Shown one piece after another: positions 44,765 through 55,648 of a stretch of DNA of 64,000 nucleotides. The DNA comes from Lactobacillaceae bacterium (GTDB lineage Bacteria > Bacillota > Bacilli > Lactobacillales > Lactobacillaceae), in the NCBI GenBank assembly GCA_036498565.1, contig DASYFG010000004.1, positions 694,102-758,101 of the forward strand, read 5' to 3'. The position numbers were made by a program, and so were the translations under genes. The notes below the pieces were generated by a model. The model did no database searches and had not been told where the DNA came from. It was given only the letters and a program-made list of their open reading frames with translations. Positions within the stretch are counted from its first letter, which is position 1; each line of letters opens with the position of its first letter.

Positions 44765-47700
44765 TTAATTTCTTTTTGGAAATTTTTTCAAAATTGCTTG
44801 ATAAATCCGTTCACTATTATGTTGATCAATGAAAGCAAAGTATCTCTTTTGATAAGCTTCAATTTCACTCAAATCATGTTCCCTTACACGATTCAATTGA
44901 TCAATAATGGCGGTTACAAGCTGGGGTTCATCTTTTACCACCGGTCCAAACAGTTCTGTGTTCAAATCCATGTATGATCCTTGTTCTTCCAAATATTGAT
45001 CTTGATCAAATTGATAGAAAATAGCAGGTTTGCCTTGATATAATTCTTCCCACGCCACACTTGAATAATCCGTAATCAAAATACTTGAACGCGCAATCAA
45101 TTGATTAATCGGTTGTTCACCGAACAAAATAATTTTAATGCGTGGATTATTAGAAGTAAACAAGCTCGCATATTCCGCAAACTTTGGATGAATATAGACG
45201 TTTAGTGTCATATCAAACGTCTCAAGCGCTTCATGTAACTTCGCATTTTTTAATAGTGAAGAATAGCGCGTAAAGTATTCAGAAGCAAGGAACTCTGAGT
45301 CCTCTACTTCTTCTAACCAATTACGCCATGTTGGCATCAAAAAGATACTACCATCTTGCTTAAATTCAGGTTGACTTAACATTTCATGCAAGTAATCCCA
45401 ACGGGCAAAACCAGTGACTGCCACTTCATCTTCGCGATAACCAAAATAATCAACAATCACCTTTTTTTCAAATTCAGATGTTGTAATAAACACTGATGAG
45501 GAATTTAAACTGCCTTTTGAAAAGACACCAGGATGTCGCTTCATACCCGTCACACCGTGCTGCAAGAACACATAAGGCTTCAGATTATACGTAGGTCGAA
45601 TTGGACCTCTGTTCACTCGCCAAGCATAACCATGCGCTTTAGATTCTGATGAAACTAAAAGCTCATTACCCATTGCCCACAGCAAATGCTTAACACTCAT
45701 GAAGTTCAATACCCGTTTTTTCATTGGCTTCAAGAAACGATAATCTGGTGATTTTTTGTCAATCACATAGTAAACTTTTTTCTCTGGGCGATGTTCAAAC
45801 ATATATTTAAAGAAATAAAAACTATTGTCTTGTGCTGATTGTGAATACTTTTCATAAATCAGCCAAGCTTGTTGTTTCTTCAAATATTGTGCCACACCTG
45901 GTACTTTTTTATACAGAAACGCCGCAATCCATTCGTTAATCTTATAACGCCACGTTTCATATTCACCAATTGGTCGATAAGTAAAGGCAAGATAATCACC
46001 GTATGCGCCGCCGCCAGCAGCATACGGATAGGCAATATGATCACCATCTCGCCATTGATAACTAAAACTAGCTCGGCGTAGGATTCGAATAATGCCATCT
46101 TCATCACGTCGATTACGAATAGCTACCTTACTTCGATACATCTGACCGTCACGTTGGAAAGTAAGATAAACATCCCAGAAAAATTGCGTCCACTCAATAT
46201 TTTTTAAATCGAAGACATACGTCAACATTAGGTTTTTATCAACGATAGCAACGGCGTCTGGCTCGATTGTATAAACATTTTCTGGATAACGTCTATTTTT
46301 TAAAACAAGAACCCCGGCATCATATAATTGCGTAACTGGCGCTGCAACTGTCATTTTGACGCGACTACGTTGCATTTTGATTTCTGTCACGTAAGGTTTA
46401 TACTTCACCACCTCTTCAGCCAAACGTTCGGCTGTTTTCATAACAAAACCTAGTTTGCCATTAGTTGCAACATACCATGTGCCCTCAAAATCATCATTTT
46501 GTGGACCAGACACACTATAATTAGCAGTAAAATCATGTAATCTGAAATCCACTTGCCGAATTGTTAGCCAAGTATCCGCAACTTTAACAACCACATCGTA
46601 GCGTGATTCGCGTTCTGCAAATACTGCGGGCATTGTCAAAATTGTTGTGGCCAATGCTCCCGTTTCATCAACATGTTGCTCATTTTTAACAGCAATATAC
46701 TCTTCGCCTTGATAGTTTTTTAAAGCAACTTCAGAAAAGTCTAGTTCTCGTAAATGATCAAATACCAACTGTGTTCCGGTAAAACGCACGTTTAGTACAC
46801 TCACAAATTGAGCATTTGGCTTTAATAAGCGATTCCATGTTCCTTGGTCAACAACATAAAAATTAGACACATCCTGACTCTGCAATGCCGTATTTTCTTG
46901 TAATTGTTGTTGATATGTTGTTACCAAATTTTTAGGCAGATGTTGTGACGGTTCAATTAACACATTTGGTGTTTTGATGACATCAACAATCCATAGTTGC
47001 CGTTTATCATCCATTTTGACCGCAAATTGATCGTTTAAGATTTGAACTGCCGCTTGTTCGTACAACGGATCAATACGGAAATCAGTCGCATGAGACAATA
47101 CAATTGGTGCACCACTAATAAAGCGCAACGGACCTTGCTGCAAGTGTGCATTGTCAAATGCCACAACTGCCATACCATCATTTATTTCAAACGATGACAC
47201 ACGTTTTTCACCAATCATGATGTCGCTTTGATGTAACCAAGGTGACGGCTTTTCTGTCAATAAACGCCATTCTAGTCGAGTTTTGCCATCAACACTTTGC
47301 ACAGATTGCACCGCTGACAGACCTAAGATGTGCGCATAATTTTTGCTAATCAAACGTTGTTGGCCATCATCACTAAAGTATAGTTCTTCACCATTAATTT
47401 TAAATGTGTGTAATTCCTCGACTAATTTTGAAGGACCTAATAAAATTCGTTGACTCTTCTTGATCGGGTACTTCAGAACTTCATCATCAAACAATAATGT
47501 TTGACTATCTACTACTTCGAGATTATATGGCAAATCTGCGGTAGCAAATGTAAATTTGCGGTATCGAATTTGTTGCCGTTCTGCATTATAATGAACGACA
47601 AAAGTTGACTGAGCAAATGTCAATCGTAAAATTTCTACATCTTCATCAAGAGCTAATAAAGTGGGATTCGCTGTGGCAAATTGTCCACTCACATTTGATT

Positions 47701-47995
47701 CATCAACTAATTGATAAACTTTTTGGGCATCAAATAATTCGCCCTGCAATTGAAATCCGAATGCACCAACCGATATAACTTCTATTACACTCGGGATTTG
47801 ATAACTAATCTCAATTGCACTTGTCGCATGCGTTACATCTACAAACGCATTGGTTTCAGTTTCAATAGCTGTTGCATTGGACTTTGCAGCAAAAAAAACA
47901 TGTTTAATATCGGATGCATTTGGTACTTGTGCCGGTGTAAAAATCACGTCACCTGCATAGACATCATTTAAAGAATTGACATAGTAGAACGTCAT
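44765..47995 (-). CDS. CDP-glycerol glycerophosphotransferase, TagF family, with ~680-aa N-terminal extension
   Basis: 'SILITDYSSVAWEELYQGKPAIFYQFDQDQY' and 'FLQHGVTGMKR'. Start ATG 47995 (AGGAAGGA upstream) overlaps the upstream stop (ATGA). Confidence 0.8.
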   Translation of the reverse strand: MTFYYVNSLNDVYAGDVIFTPAQVPNASDIKHVFFAAKSNATAIETETNAFVDVTHATSAIEISYQIPSVIEVISVGAFGFQLQGELFDAQKVYQLVDESNVSGQFATANPTLLALDEDVEILRLTFAQSTFVVHYNAERQQIRYRKFTFATADLPYNLEVVDSQTLLFDDEVLKYPIKKSQRILLGPSKLVEELHTFKINGEELYFSDDGQQRLISKNYAHILGLSAVQSVQSVDGKTRLEWRLLTEKPSPWLHQSDIMIGEKRVSSFEINDGMAVVAFDNAHLQQGPLRFISGAPIVLSHATDFRIDPLYEQAAVQILNDQFAVKMDDKRQLWIVDVIKTPNVLIEPSQHLPKNLVTTYQQQLQENTALQSQDVSNFYVVDQGTWNRLLKPNAQFVSVLNVRFTGTQLVFDHLRELDFSEVALKNYQGEEYIAVKNEQHVDETGALATTILTMPAVFAERESRYDVVVKVADTWLTIRQVDFRLHDFTANYSVSGPQNDDFEGTWYVATNGKLGFVMKTAERLAEEVVKYKPYVTEIKMQRSRVKMTVAAPVTQLYDAGVLVLKNRRYPENVYTIEPDAVAIVDKNLMLTYVFDLKNIEWTQFFWDVYLTFQRDGQMYRSKVAIRNRRDEDGIIRILRRASFSYQWRDGDHIAYPYAAGGGAYGDYLAFTYRPIGEYETWRYKINEWIAAFLYKKVPGVAQYLKKQQAWLIYEKYSQSAQDNSFYFFKYMFEHRPEKKVYYVIDKKSPDYRFLKPMKKRVLNFMSVKHLLWAMGNELLVSSESKAHGYAWRVNRGPIRPTYNLKPYVFLQHGVTGMKRHPGVFSKGSLNSSSVFITTSEFEKKVIVDYFGYREDEVAVTGFARWDYLHEMLSQPEFKQDGSIFLMPTWRNWLEEVEDSEFLASEYFTRYSSLLKNAKLHEALETFDMTLNVYIHPKFAEYASLFTSNNPRIKIILFGEQPINQLIARSSILITDYSSVAWEELYQGKPAIFYQFDQDQYLEEQGSYMDLNTELFGPVVKDEPQLVTAIIDQLNRVREHDLSEIEAYQKRYFAFIDQHNSERIYQAILKKFPKRN

Positions 47996-49086
47996 GCCGA
48001 TTTCCTTCCTAATTTCAAAATTTGTTGCGTCACCCAACTACTTGGCTTGTCCAACAATGTATGCACAATCATTCCCACTAGGAATAGCACGCTAACAACA
48101 CCAACGCCATAGCCAACGATTTCTAACGGCTGTGTAAAGCGTTTCGCATCGACAGTTAACCACAACCAACCAGCAAAATATGTTGCTGACTGCACTAAGT
48201 AAACTGTAAAGGTTGCTTGCCCGACATAAGAAATAATCTTATTTTCAGGCAAACGAATGTGCAAAAACAGCGCAAAAATCACAAGACTTAAAATTAAGAC
48301 TAATGGACTATAGTTGGCCGTTAACCATGTCGATGAATTCCATTTAACAAAATCTACAAGTGCGTTTACACCAAACACGGTGTGCTGTGTTAACCATTGC
48401 AAAGTAACGTTACTCAACAAAGCGAAAACTAAGGCACTGGCTAGGACACTGGCTAATTTTGATACGGACCAGCCAGCATTATCAAGTTGACTTTTATTGG
48501 CGTAATATTTACCAAAGAAACCACCCCATGCGTAGACATACAAGAACCAGCCAACACGCGTGTAGGTCATACCTAACTCATTATAAACCATTGGCCATAT
48601 TGACAAAATTAAACCGCCCCATAGCAATATTTTCAAATATTGGGATTGCGATAATGAATTTAAATATGGATTGATAACAGGAATAAAAAGACTCATCAAG
48701 ACAAATGTTGTCACAAACCAATATTCATTGAAAAATACTGGAAACAAATGTGTGATAAACATTTGCCATGTAAACTGATCAACAATGCCACTCATTAATA
48801 CCACTACGAACATGAGTAACGAGATAAATGTCGTATGCACCATAATTTTCAAAATAGATGAAAATTTAGACGTCCGCTGGATTAAAAAGAAACCTGTAAT
48901 CATGACATACATATTTACGCCGACTTTACCACCAAGGGCGAGCATCTCTACTGTTGTACGCAACACCGAAACACCGGCATCAAAGTGCCAACCACCATGA
49001 ATCGCATAGTGATGTAAAATAATAATAAAAATACTAACAATTCGAATTAAATCAATATTTGCTAAACGTTTCTTTTTTTCAGGCAT
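47992..49086 (-). CDS. Acyltransferase-3 family membrane O-acyltransferase
   Basis: 'IDLIRIVSIFIIILHHYAIHGG' and about 10 TM helices. Its start shares one base with the rlmD stop (TAATG). Confidence 0.8.
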   Translation of the reverse strand: MPEKKKRLANIDLIRIVSIFIIILHHYAIHGGWHFDAGVSVLRTTVEMLALGGKVGVNMYVMITGFFLIQRTSKFSSILKIMVHTTFISLLMFVVVLMSGIVDQFTWQMFITHLFPVFFNEYWFVTTFVLMSLFIPVINPYLNSLSQSQYLKILLWGGLILSIWPMVYNELGMTYTRVGWFLYVYAWGGFFGKYYANKSQLDNAGWSVSKLASVLASALVFALLSNVTLQWLTQHTVFGVNALVDFVKWNSSTWLTANYSPLVLILSLVIFALFLHIRLPENKIISYVGQATFTVYLVQSATYFAGWLWLTVDAKRFTQPLEIVGYGVGVVSVLFLVGMIVHTLLDKPSSWVTQQILKLGRKSA

Positions 49087-50486
49087 TATGCTTTCCTCTT
49101 AAACACCGTCACACTTTCAACGTGTGTCGTTTGTGGGAATTGATCCAACGGCGTGATGGCGCCATCGATTTCAAATCCTTGTTCTAAAATTTGGACTGCA
49201 TCCCGTGCCAAAGTCGCGGGGTTACAACTGATGTAAACAAATGTTTCTGGCGCCATGCCGGCCACCGCTTCAATTAACTCTGGCGTCAAACCTTTGCGTG
49301 GTGGGTCAACAAAGACCACTTCTGGTTTTAAGCCCTCCGCTTGCCATTCGCGCATTTGCGCTGGGGCGTCGTTTGCGATGAATTCTGCATTTTTTACATT
49401 GTTCAAAGCCATGTTGACTTTGGCGTCGGCCACAGCGGGTTCAACAACTTCGACACCGATGACTTTTTTGACTTGATTAGCCACCGTCAAACCAATTGTC
49501 CCGATCCCAGAATACGCGTCAATCACTGTATCCGTTAGTTTCAAGCCCGCTTTTTTCGCTGCCAAACTATACAACACTTCCGTCGTTTGGGGGTTAACTT
49601 GATAAAAACTGTTCAAGCCGATGTTGAATTTGTTCGCCAAAATCGTGTCTTGGATTGTACTTTGCCCAAACAATACGCGGTTTTCGCTTCCCAACAAAAC
49701 GTTAGTTTGGCGCGGATTGTAGTTCAAAATCAAACTCTTTAATTCCGGCAAAGCCGCCACAATATCAGCAACAATTGCAGCTTCGTCATGCAATTCACGC
49801 GTGGCCGTGATCAAACCAACCATCATTTCATGGCTGTAATACCCGCGCCGCACCATGATGTAGCGGATTTCGCCCTTTTTGGTAGCATCGTCCCAAACCG
49901 TTGTGCCGTGCGCGTCCAAAATGTCACGCACCGTGCCGATTGCGGCATCAATTTTGGGATCGTTCAAATAATAATCGTCAATTGGCACCAAATTATGTGA
50001 GCCGCGGCGGTAGAATCCCGTCGTCAAATGACCGTCTTGGAATTTCACCGGTACCACGGTTTTATTCCGGTACTTGCTTGGCGTTTCCATGCCGATTGTC
50101 GGATCGACGTCAACGTCCAAACCAACTTTTTTGAACAATTGCACAATTTGATTGCGCTTTAATTCAAGTTGCGCATCATATTTCAAATTCACCAACGGCG
50201 CAATGCCGGACGTGATCAATTGGCCATGCGCCACATCAACACGATCAGGCGATGTTTTCAAACGTTCAATCGTGCGTCCAAACGCATAATTTTGCAAAAC
50301 ACGTGTTACGCCGATTTTGATTTCTTCACCTGGCAACGCATCCGCCACAAAAATTGGATAATTATCGACTTTGATAACACCCAATCCTTGGAACGTGATG
50401 TCGACCACTTCACCGATTAATTCTTGATTTTTAACGACCGGTGCTTTTTTTGTTTGGCGCGGCGCTTTAATTTTATTTGTCGTCAC
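49086..50486 (-). CDS. rlmD: 23S rRNA (uracil-C5)-methyltransferase, RlmD/RlmCD family
   Basis: An N-terminal TRAM-like domain and the SAM motif 'VIDAYSGIGTIGL'. The position after dagK matches B. subtilis gatCAB-dagK-rlmCD. Confidence 0.85.
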   Translation of the reverse strand: MTTNKIKAPRQTKKAPVVKNQELIGEVVDITFQGLGVIKVDNYPIFVADALPGEEIKIGVTRVLQNYAFGRTIERLKTSPDRVDVAHGQLITSGIAPLVNLKYDAQLELKRNQIVQLFKKVGLDVDVDPTIGMETPSKYRNKTVVPVKFQDGHLTTGFYRRGSHNLVPIDDYYLNDPKIDAAIGTVRDILDAHGTTVWDDATKKGEIRYIMVRRGYYSHEMMVGLITATRELHDEAAIVADIVAALPELKSLILNYNPRQTNVLLGSENRVLFGQSTIQDTILANKFNIGLNSFYQVNPQTTEVLYSLAAKKAGLKLTDTVIDAYSGIGTIGLTVANQVKKVIGVEVVEPAVADAKVNMALNNVKNAEFIANDAPAQMREWQAEGLKPEVVFVDPPRKGLTPELIEAVAGMAPETFVYISCNPATLARDAVQILEQGFEIDGAITPLDQFPQTTHVESVTVFKRKA

Positions 50487-51486
50487 TTACTTGTTCCTTT
50501 TCAACTTCTTCAATAAATTTCTGTTCTACTTGGCGGCGTTCGATATCCACATGCGTCAAAGCATCCGCTGACAAACCAGTTGTATTGGCCACGAATTCAA
50601 TATGTTGTTGCAAATTGACAAATGTCATCGGTGCCACGCCACCGTATTCGCCATCAATATTGACGGCTAACGCGTCATTTGTGAGCGGTTCAATGCGCAC
50701 TTGATTGGTTTTTTTGTAAATCAACTGCGGATCATCCGTGTGCTTACCGTTCAGCGCTTTGGCCACCAAATTAAATAACTGGCCTAAGTTCGATTGTTTG
50801 ACAATCAACAGCGTGAATTTTCCATCGTCCAACTTGGCATCCGGCACGATTTGCTCAAAACCGCCGACTGAATTTGTCAGTGCCAAGAAGATCATCGAAA
50901 TGTCCCCTTCGAATTCACCGTCGTCAAACGTCACCCGCGCGGTAATCGGCTTCACACGCGTCAACAATTCCGCGCCTTTCACCAAATAAGCCAGATAACC
51001 GTACATCGACTTCATCACGCTTGGCACAGCGTAAGTCACTTCTGACAACGTGCCCAAAGCCGCAATGTTCATGAAATATTGCGTTTGCGCAGCGGTTTGA
51101 ATCTCACCGATGTCCATTTTGATGGTTTGTTCTTGCAAAATAACTTTGGCAGCGTCTAACAAATCATCGCGCGGAATTTTCAAAGCGCGCGCATAATCAT
51201 TCGTCGTTCCCGAAGGCAAAATCGCCATCTTCGGCCGCTTTTCTAACGGAGCCAAACCATTGATGACTTCGTTAATCGTGCCATCCCCACCGGCTGCCAC
51301 AATCAATTCAAAGCCCGCTTCAGCCGCCCGGCGCGCTTCATTAGCCGCAGAAAATGGTGCCGCCGTAGTCGCAAAGGCGCTGGTTTCATAACCAGCTTGT
51401 TCATAAACTTGTAAAATATCTAATAAATCGCGTTTAATCGCTTCCCGACCAGAAGTCGGATTATAAATGAGTCGAGCCCGTTTCAT
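50473..51486 (-). CDS. dagK: Diacylglycerol kinase (soluble, DagK/YerQ type)
   Basis: 'MKRARLIYNPTSGRE' and 'AAGGDGTINEVINGL'. Confidence 0.9.
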   Translation of the reverse strand: MKRARLIYNPTSGREAIKRDLLDILQVYEQAGYETSAFATTAAPFSAANEARRAAEAGFELIVAAGGDGTINEVINGLAPLEKRPKMAILPSGTTNDYARALKIPRDDLLDAAKVILQEQTIKMDIGEIQTAAQTQYFMNIAALGTLSEVTYAVPSVMKSMYGYLAYLVKGAELLTRVKPITARVTFDDGEFEGDISMIFLALTNSVGGFEQIVPDAKLDDGKFTLLIVKQSNLGQLFNLVAKALNGKHTDDPQLIYKKTNQVRIEPLTNDALAVNIDGEYGGVAPMTFVNLQQHIEFVANTTGLSADALTHVDIERRQVEQKFIEEVEKEQVSDDK

Positions 51487-51537
51487 GGGTGCCCCCTTTT
51501 TGTTTCTTATGTACGCGGGTTGCCCCGCTGCAAGTCT

Positions 51538-52971
51538 TTAACGTGCATTCAAACTGTCAATCAACAATTTGTTTAACACATTCGGGTTGGCTTGCCCCTT
51601 GGTTGCTTTCATTAATTGCCCAATCAAGAATCCGGTGGCACGGTCTTTGCCGGCCTTAAAGTCTTCAATTGATTGTGCGTTATTGTCCAAAATTTCATCA
51701 ATCATGGGTTGCAACACAGCTGGATCGCTCAATTGCACCAAGCCGTTCTTTTCCGCAAAGGCTTTTGGTTCTTCACCAACCATAATCGCTTCAAAGACTT
51801 GTTTGGCTTGCTTGGTTGAAATCGTGCCGTCTTCAATCAATGCAATCATGCCGGCCAAATGTTCAGGCGTCAATTGCGTGTCTTGCAACTCCACGTGATT
51901 TTTGTTCAAGTACGCGTTCACGTCCCCAATCAAATAATTCGCGGCGCGTTTGGCTTCTCCGCCTGCTGCAATGGTCGCGTCGTAGAAATTGGCCATTTCC
52001 AAAGTCTGGGTCAACACGCCCGCATCCACGTCGCTCAACCCAAATTCATTGACATAACGGCTTTGACGCGCATCAGCCAATTCTGGCAAATCCGCTTGAA
52101 CTTGGCTAATCCAAGCCGTATCAATCACGATTGGTGCCAAATCAGGTTCCGGGAAATAACGATAATCATCGGCGTTTGACTTCTTACGCATCAACGCGGT
52201 CGTTTTCGTTGTTTCGTCCCAACGACGCGTTTCTTGATCAATTTGACCGCCGGCGAGCAAAATTTTGGCTTGGCGTTGTTCTTCATAAGCCAGCGCCGTG
52301 CGCAAATAACTAAATGAGTTGACGTTCTTCAATTCCGCACGTGTGCCAAAGTCTTTGGCGCCGTAGGGACGAATTGAAATGTTGGCGTCCACACGCAACG
52401 ATCCTTCTTGCATTTTCACATCAGAAATGCCGGTAAATTGGATGGTTTGGCGTAATTTTTCCAAAAACGCGTACGCTTCGTCGGGACTTGAAATGTCAGG
52501 TGCCGTCACAATTTCAATCAAAGGCGTCCCCTGACGGTTCAAATCCACGTAAGAATAGCCGTCGGTGCCGTGCGAGTTTTTACCCGCGTCTTCTTCGACG
52601 TGCAATTCCGTGATGTCAATGCGCTTTGTCGTGCCGTCAGCCAGCACAATGTCCAAATGACCGTTTTGACCGATTGGCGTTTGTTGTTGCGTGGTCTGAT
52701 AGGCTTTTGGATTGTCCGGGTAGAAATAGTTTTTCCGATCCCAGCGAATGTAAGGCGCCACTTGTGCGTTCAATGCCAAAGCCGCGCGCATACCAAATTC
52801 AATGGCGCCTTTGTTGGCCTTTGGCAAAACACCGGGATAACCCCAATCAATCACGTTGGTATTCGCGTTTGGTTCCGCCCCAAATTGAACGGCAGAAGGA
52901 GACATTAATTTGGCGTTGGTCTTCATTTCAACGTGAATTTCCAAGCCGATTGTTGTTTCAAAGTTGCTCAT
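51538..52971 (-). CDS. gatB: Asp/Glu-tRNA amidotransferase subunit B
   Basis: '[15 protein letters not shown]' N-terminus, 477 aa, in the order gatC-gatA-gatB. Confidence 0.97.
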   Translation of the reverse strand: MSNFETTIGLEIHVEMKTNAKLMSPSAVQFGAEPNANTNVIDWGYPGVLPKANKGAIEFGMRAALALNAQVAPYIRWDRKNYFYPDNPKAYQTTQQQTPIGQNGHLDIVLADGTTKRIDITELHVEEDAGKNSHGTDGYSYVDLNRQGTPLIEIVTAPDISSPDEAYAFLEKLRQTIQFTGISDVKMQEGSLRVDANISIRPYGAKDFGTRAELKNVNSFSYLRTALAYEEQRQAKILLAGGQIDQETRRWDETTKTTALMRKKSNADDYRYFPEPDLAPIVIDTAWISQVQADLPELADARQSRYVNEFGLSDVDAGVLTQTLEMANFYDATIAAGGEAKRAANYLIGDVNAYLNKNHVELQDTQLTPEHLAGMIALIEDGTISTKQAKQVFEAIMVGEEPKAFAEKNGLVQLSDPAVLQPMIDEILDNNAQSIEDFKAGKDRATGFLIGQLMKATKGQANPNVLNKLLIDSLNAR

Positions 52972-52986
52972 TTTCCGTCCCCTTTC

Positions 52987-54453
52987 CTAGTATTTGTCCG
53001 CGATAGCCGGCTTTTGTTCAAACAAACGACTCGCCTGTTCAAACGCATACGCAGCGCGATAAATCGTGCTTTCGTCAAACGCTTTTCCAATCAATTGCAA
53101 ACCAACTGGCAAACCGTCCACAAAGCCCGCGTTCAACGACAAACCAGGCAAACCAGCCAAGTTAACTGGAATTGTCAACACGTCGTTCATGTACATAACC
53201 GTTGGGTCGTCGCTTTCTTCACCCAAACCAAAGGCAACCGTTGGCGCTGTTGGCCCAACAATCAAGTCATAATCTGCAAAAACATTGTTGAAATCTTCAA
53301 TAATCTTTGTTCGGATTTGGGCTGCTTTTTTAAAGTACGCATCGTAAAAACCAGCTGACAACGCAAATGTGCCCAACATAATCCGACGCTTCACTTCATC
53401 ACCAAAGCCTTCTGAACGTGACTTTACGTACACGTCTTCCAAGCTTTCAACCTCATTTGCACGGTAGCCGTAACGCACGCCGTCAAAACGTTGCAAGTTA
53501 GAACTTGCTTCAGCTGACATCAACACATAATAAGCCGCCACGCCGTATTTGGTATGGGGCAAACTCACTTCATCAACTTGCGCACCAAGTGCTTCCAATT
53601 GTGCAATCGCGGCCTTCACCGTCGCTGCTACTTGCGGGTCAATCCCTTCACCGAAGTATTCCTTTGGCACCGCGATTTTCAAACCCTTCACGCCGCCGTC
53701 AATATTGGCGGTAAAATCAGGCACGGCGCGCGTTGAACTCGTTGAATCTTTATCATCAAAACCAGCAATCGCATTCAAAACCGTTGCGTTGTCTTTGACC
53801 GTGCGTGTGAATGGACCGATTTGATCCAAAGATGACGCCATCGCAAACAATCCCCAACGTGACACCCGGCCATAAGTTGGCTTCAAACCAACGATTCCGT
53901 TGTACGCTGCGGGTTGACGAATTGAACCACCTGTGTCAGAACCCAATGCAAACGGTACTTGACCGCCGGCCACTGCCGCAGCGGAACCACCGGATGAACC
54001 ACCCGGCACTTTACTGTGATTCCACGCGTTCGTCGTTTGTGCGTAGTAACTCGTTTCCGTTGAGCCACCCATGGCAAATTCGTCCATGTTCGCTTTTCCA
54101 ACAGAAATCGCACCGGCTGCGTTCAACTTTTCAACCGCAGTAGCATCATAAACTGGCTTGAAACCTTCCAAAATGTGTGACGCACCGGTGGTTTGCACGC
54201 CGTTGGTCGCCATGTTGTCTTTCAAAGCCAAAGGAATACCGGCCAAAGCGCCACTAAAATCCCCCGCCGCATCCAATTGGGCGGCCTGTGCCAAAGCAGC
54301 TTGCTCAGTCGTGGTAATAAAAGCGTGCAAGTCACCATCAGTTGCTTTGATATTGTCCAAAGCCCCTTGTGTTAATTGCGTCGCCGTCACTTCACCATTT
54401 TGAAGTTGTGCGTGCAATGTTTGTAAGTCTGTTTCAAAAAAATTAAACGTCAT
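52987..54453 (-). CDS. gatA: Glu-tRNA(Gln) amidotransferase subunit A
   Basis: Amidase signature '[14 protein letters not shown]' and '[13 protein letters not shown]'. Confidence 0.97.
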   Translation of the reverse strand: MTFNFFETDLQTLHAQLQNGEVTATQLTQGALDNIKATDGDLHAFITTTEQAALAQAAQLDAAGDFSGALAGIPLALKDNMATNGVQTTGASHILEGFKPVYDATAVEKLNAAGAISVGKANMDEFAMGGSTETSYYAQTTNAWNHSKVPGGSSGGSAAAVAGGQVPFALGSDTGGSIRQPAAYNGIVGLKPTYGRVSRWGLFAMASSLDQIGPFTRTVKDNATVLNAIAGFDDKDSTSSTRAVPDFTANIDGGVKGLKIAVPKEYFGEGIDPQVAATVKAAIAQLEALGAQVDEVSLPHTKYGVAAYYVLMSAEASSNLQRFDGVRYGYRANEVESLEDVYVKSRSEGFGDEVKRRIMLGTFALSAGFYDAYFKKAAQIRTKIIEDFNNVFADYDLIVGPTAPTVAFGLGEESDDPTVMYMNDVLTIPVNLAGLPGLSLNAGFVDGLPVGLQLIGKAFDESTIYRAAYAFEQASRLFEQKPAIADKY

Positions 54454-54761
54454 TAGCCTTCGTCGCCTCCACCCAAAATTGCTGGCACCTTAATCAAACT
54501 AGCCTGACTTTCTGGCGCATTAGCCAACAAAGCTTGTGTTTGTTGCCAGTCTTCTGCAACGTCTTCACGCAAAGCATTGACGTTTTCTGTCACAGAATAA
54601 GTGGGCTCAACGCCCGTCGTGTCAACTTCTTCTAACGTATCAACGATGTCTAAAATCGCTGCAAGTTGAGTGGTGAACTGATCCAATTGCGCGTCATCAA
54701 ACGCCAACTTCGCCAAACTCGCCACATGCGCTACTTCATCGCGCGTAATTGCTTCTGTCAT
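54453..54761 (-). CDS. gatC: Asp/Glu-tRNA amidotransferase subunit C
   Basis: 102 aa, '[22 protein letters not shown]'. The stop overlaps the gatA start. Confidence 0.95.
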   Translation of the reverse strand: MTEAITRDEVAHVASLAKLAFDDAQLDQFTTQLAAILDIVDTLEEVDTTGVEPTYSVTENVNALREDVAEDWQQTQALLANAPESQASLIKVPAILGGGDEG

Positions 54762-54792
54762 GAAAGAACCTCTCTTCTGGGTAATCTAATAT

Positions 54793-54801
54793 ATTTTACC
54801 A
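54793..54801 (-). promoter_or_regulatory. Extended -10 promoter (TGgTAAAAT) for gatCAB
   Basis: The minus strand reads TGGTAAAAT about 30 nt upstream of ATG 54761. Confidence 0.4.
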
Positions 54802-54845
54802 TATTTCAAGTTGGCAAAACACCCGCACCATCGCATTGATGCCAA

Positions 54846-54878
54846 TAAAAAAGCACAACATGTGTTGTGCTTTTTTTG
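54846..54878. terminator. Terminator after glnQ (bidirectional-looking)
   Basis: aaaaaagcacaaca-tg-tgttgtgcttttttt: a palindromic stem with an A-run and a T-run. Confidence 0.8.
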
Positions 54879-54901
54879 AAACGCGTTTTAGAATTTGGCA
54901 C

Positions 54902-55645
54902 TTAGGCGTGCATCACCTTACCCAAGAATTCTTGCAAACGCGCATTCTTTGGTGCAGCAAAGATTTGTTCTGGTGTACCGCTTTCTTGAATCTTTCCTGA
55001 TTCAAAGAAAACAACCCGGTCAGCTACTTGCTTAGCAAAGCCCATTTCGTGCGTGACGATAATCATCGTCATGCCGGCTTTGGCCAAATCACGCATAACA
55101 TCTAACACGTCGCCGACCATTTCTGGATCCAAAGCAGACGTTGGTTCGTCAAACAACATGATGTCTGGATCCATCGCTAAGGCACGCGCGATGGCAACAC
55201 GTTGCTTTTGTCCACCAGATAATGAACTGACTTTAGCATCGGCTTTGTCGGCCAAACCAACGGTTTCAAGCAATTCCTTGGCTTTAATCGTAGCGTCGGC
55301 CTTGCTTAATTTCCCCAATTCCACCGGTGCCAAGGTGATGTTGTCCAGCACGGAATAGTTGTTAAACAAGTTGAAGCCTTGGAACACCATGCCGATGTTT
55401 TCGCGGACCTTGTTAATGTCAGTCGCTTTGTCTGACAAATTAAAGCCGTCCACCGTGATGATGCCTGAATCGTGGGTTTCCAATTGATTCAACATCCGCA
55501 AGAACGTTGACTTTCCAGAACCTGATGGTCCGATCATCACGACCACTTCGTTTTCATTAATATCCAAATTAATATCGCGCAACACGTGGTTGTCGCCGTA
55601 TGATTTGTTCACGTTCTCGACGTGTACTTTCACTTTCTCACTCAT
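54902..55645 (-). CDS. glnQ: Polar amino-acid (glutamine-type) ABC transporter ATPase
   Basis: '[12 protein letters not shown]', '[15 protein letters not shown]' and '[13 protein letters not shown]'. Confidence 0.9.
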   Translation of the reverse strand: MSEKVKVHVENVNKSYGDNHVLRDINLDINENEVVVMIGPSGSGKSTFLRMLNQLETHDSGIITVDGFNLSDKATDINKVRENIGMVFQGFNLFNNYSVLDNITLAPVELGKLSKADATIKAKELLETVGLADKADAKVSSLSGGQKQRVAIARALAMDPDIMLFDEPTSALDPEMVGDVLDVMRDLAKAGMTMIIVTHEMGFAKQVADRVVFFESGKIQESGTPEQIFAAPKNARLQEFLGKVMHA

Positions 55646-55648
55646 GAA

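Noticed and set aside
44600-44977. 125-aa plus-strand ORF across the glucosaminidase/TagF spacer
   Set aside because: It spans a terminator and runs antisense to two real genes. The translation is AT-rich and low-complexity.
7673-49086. Whole wall-polymer region as a prophage, ICE or classical genomic island
   Set aside because: I found no integrase, recombinase, transposase, phage structural or conjugation genes and no flanking direct repeats. Only the compositional contrast and one tRNA-like remnant point that way.
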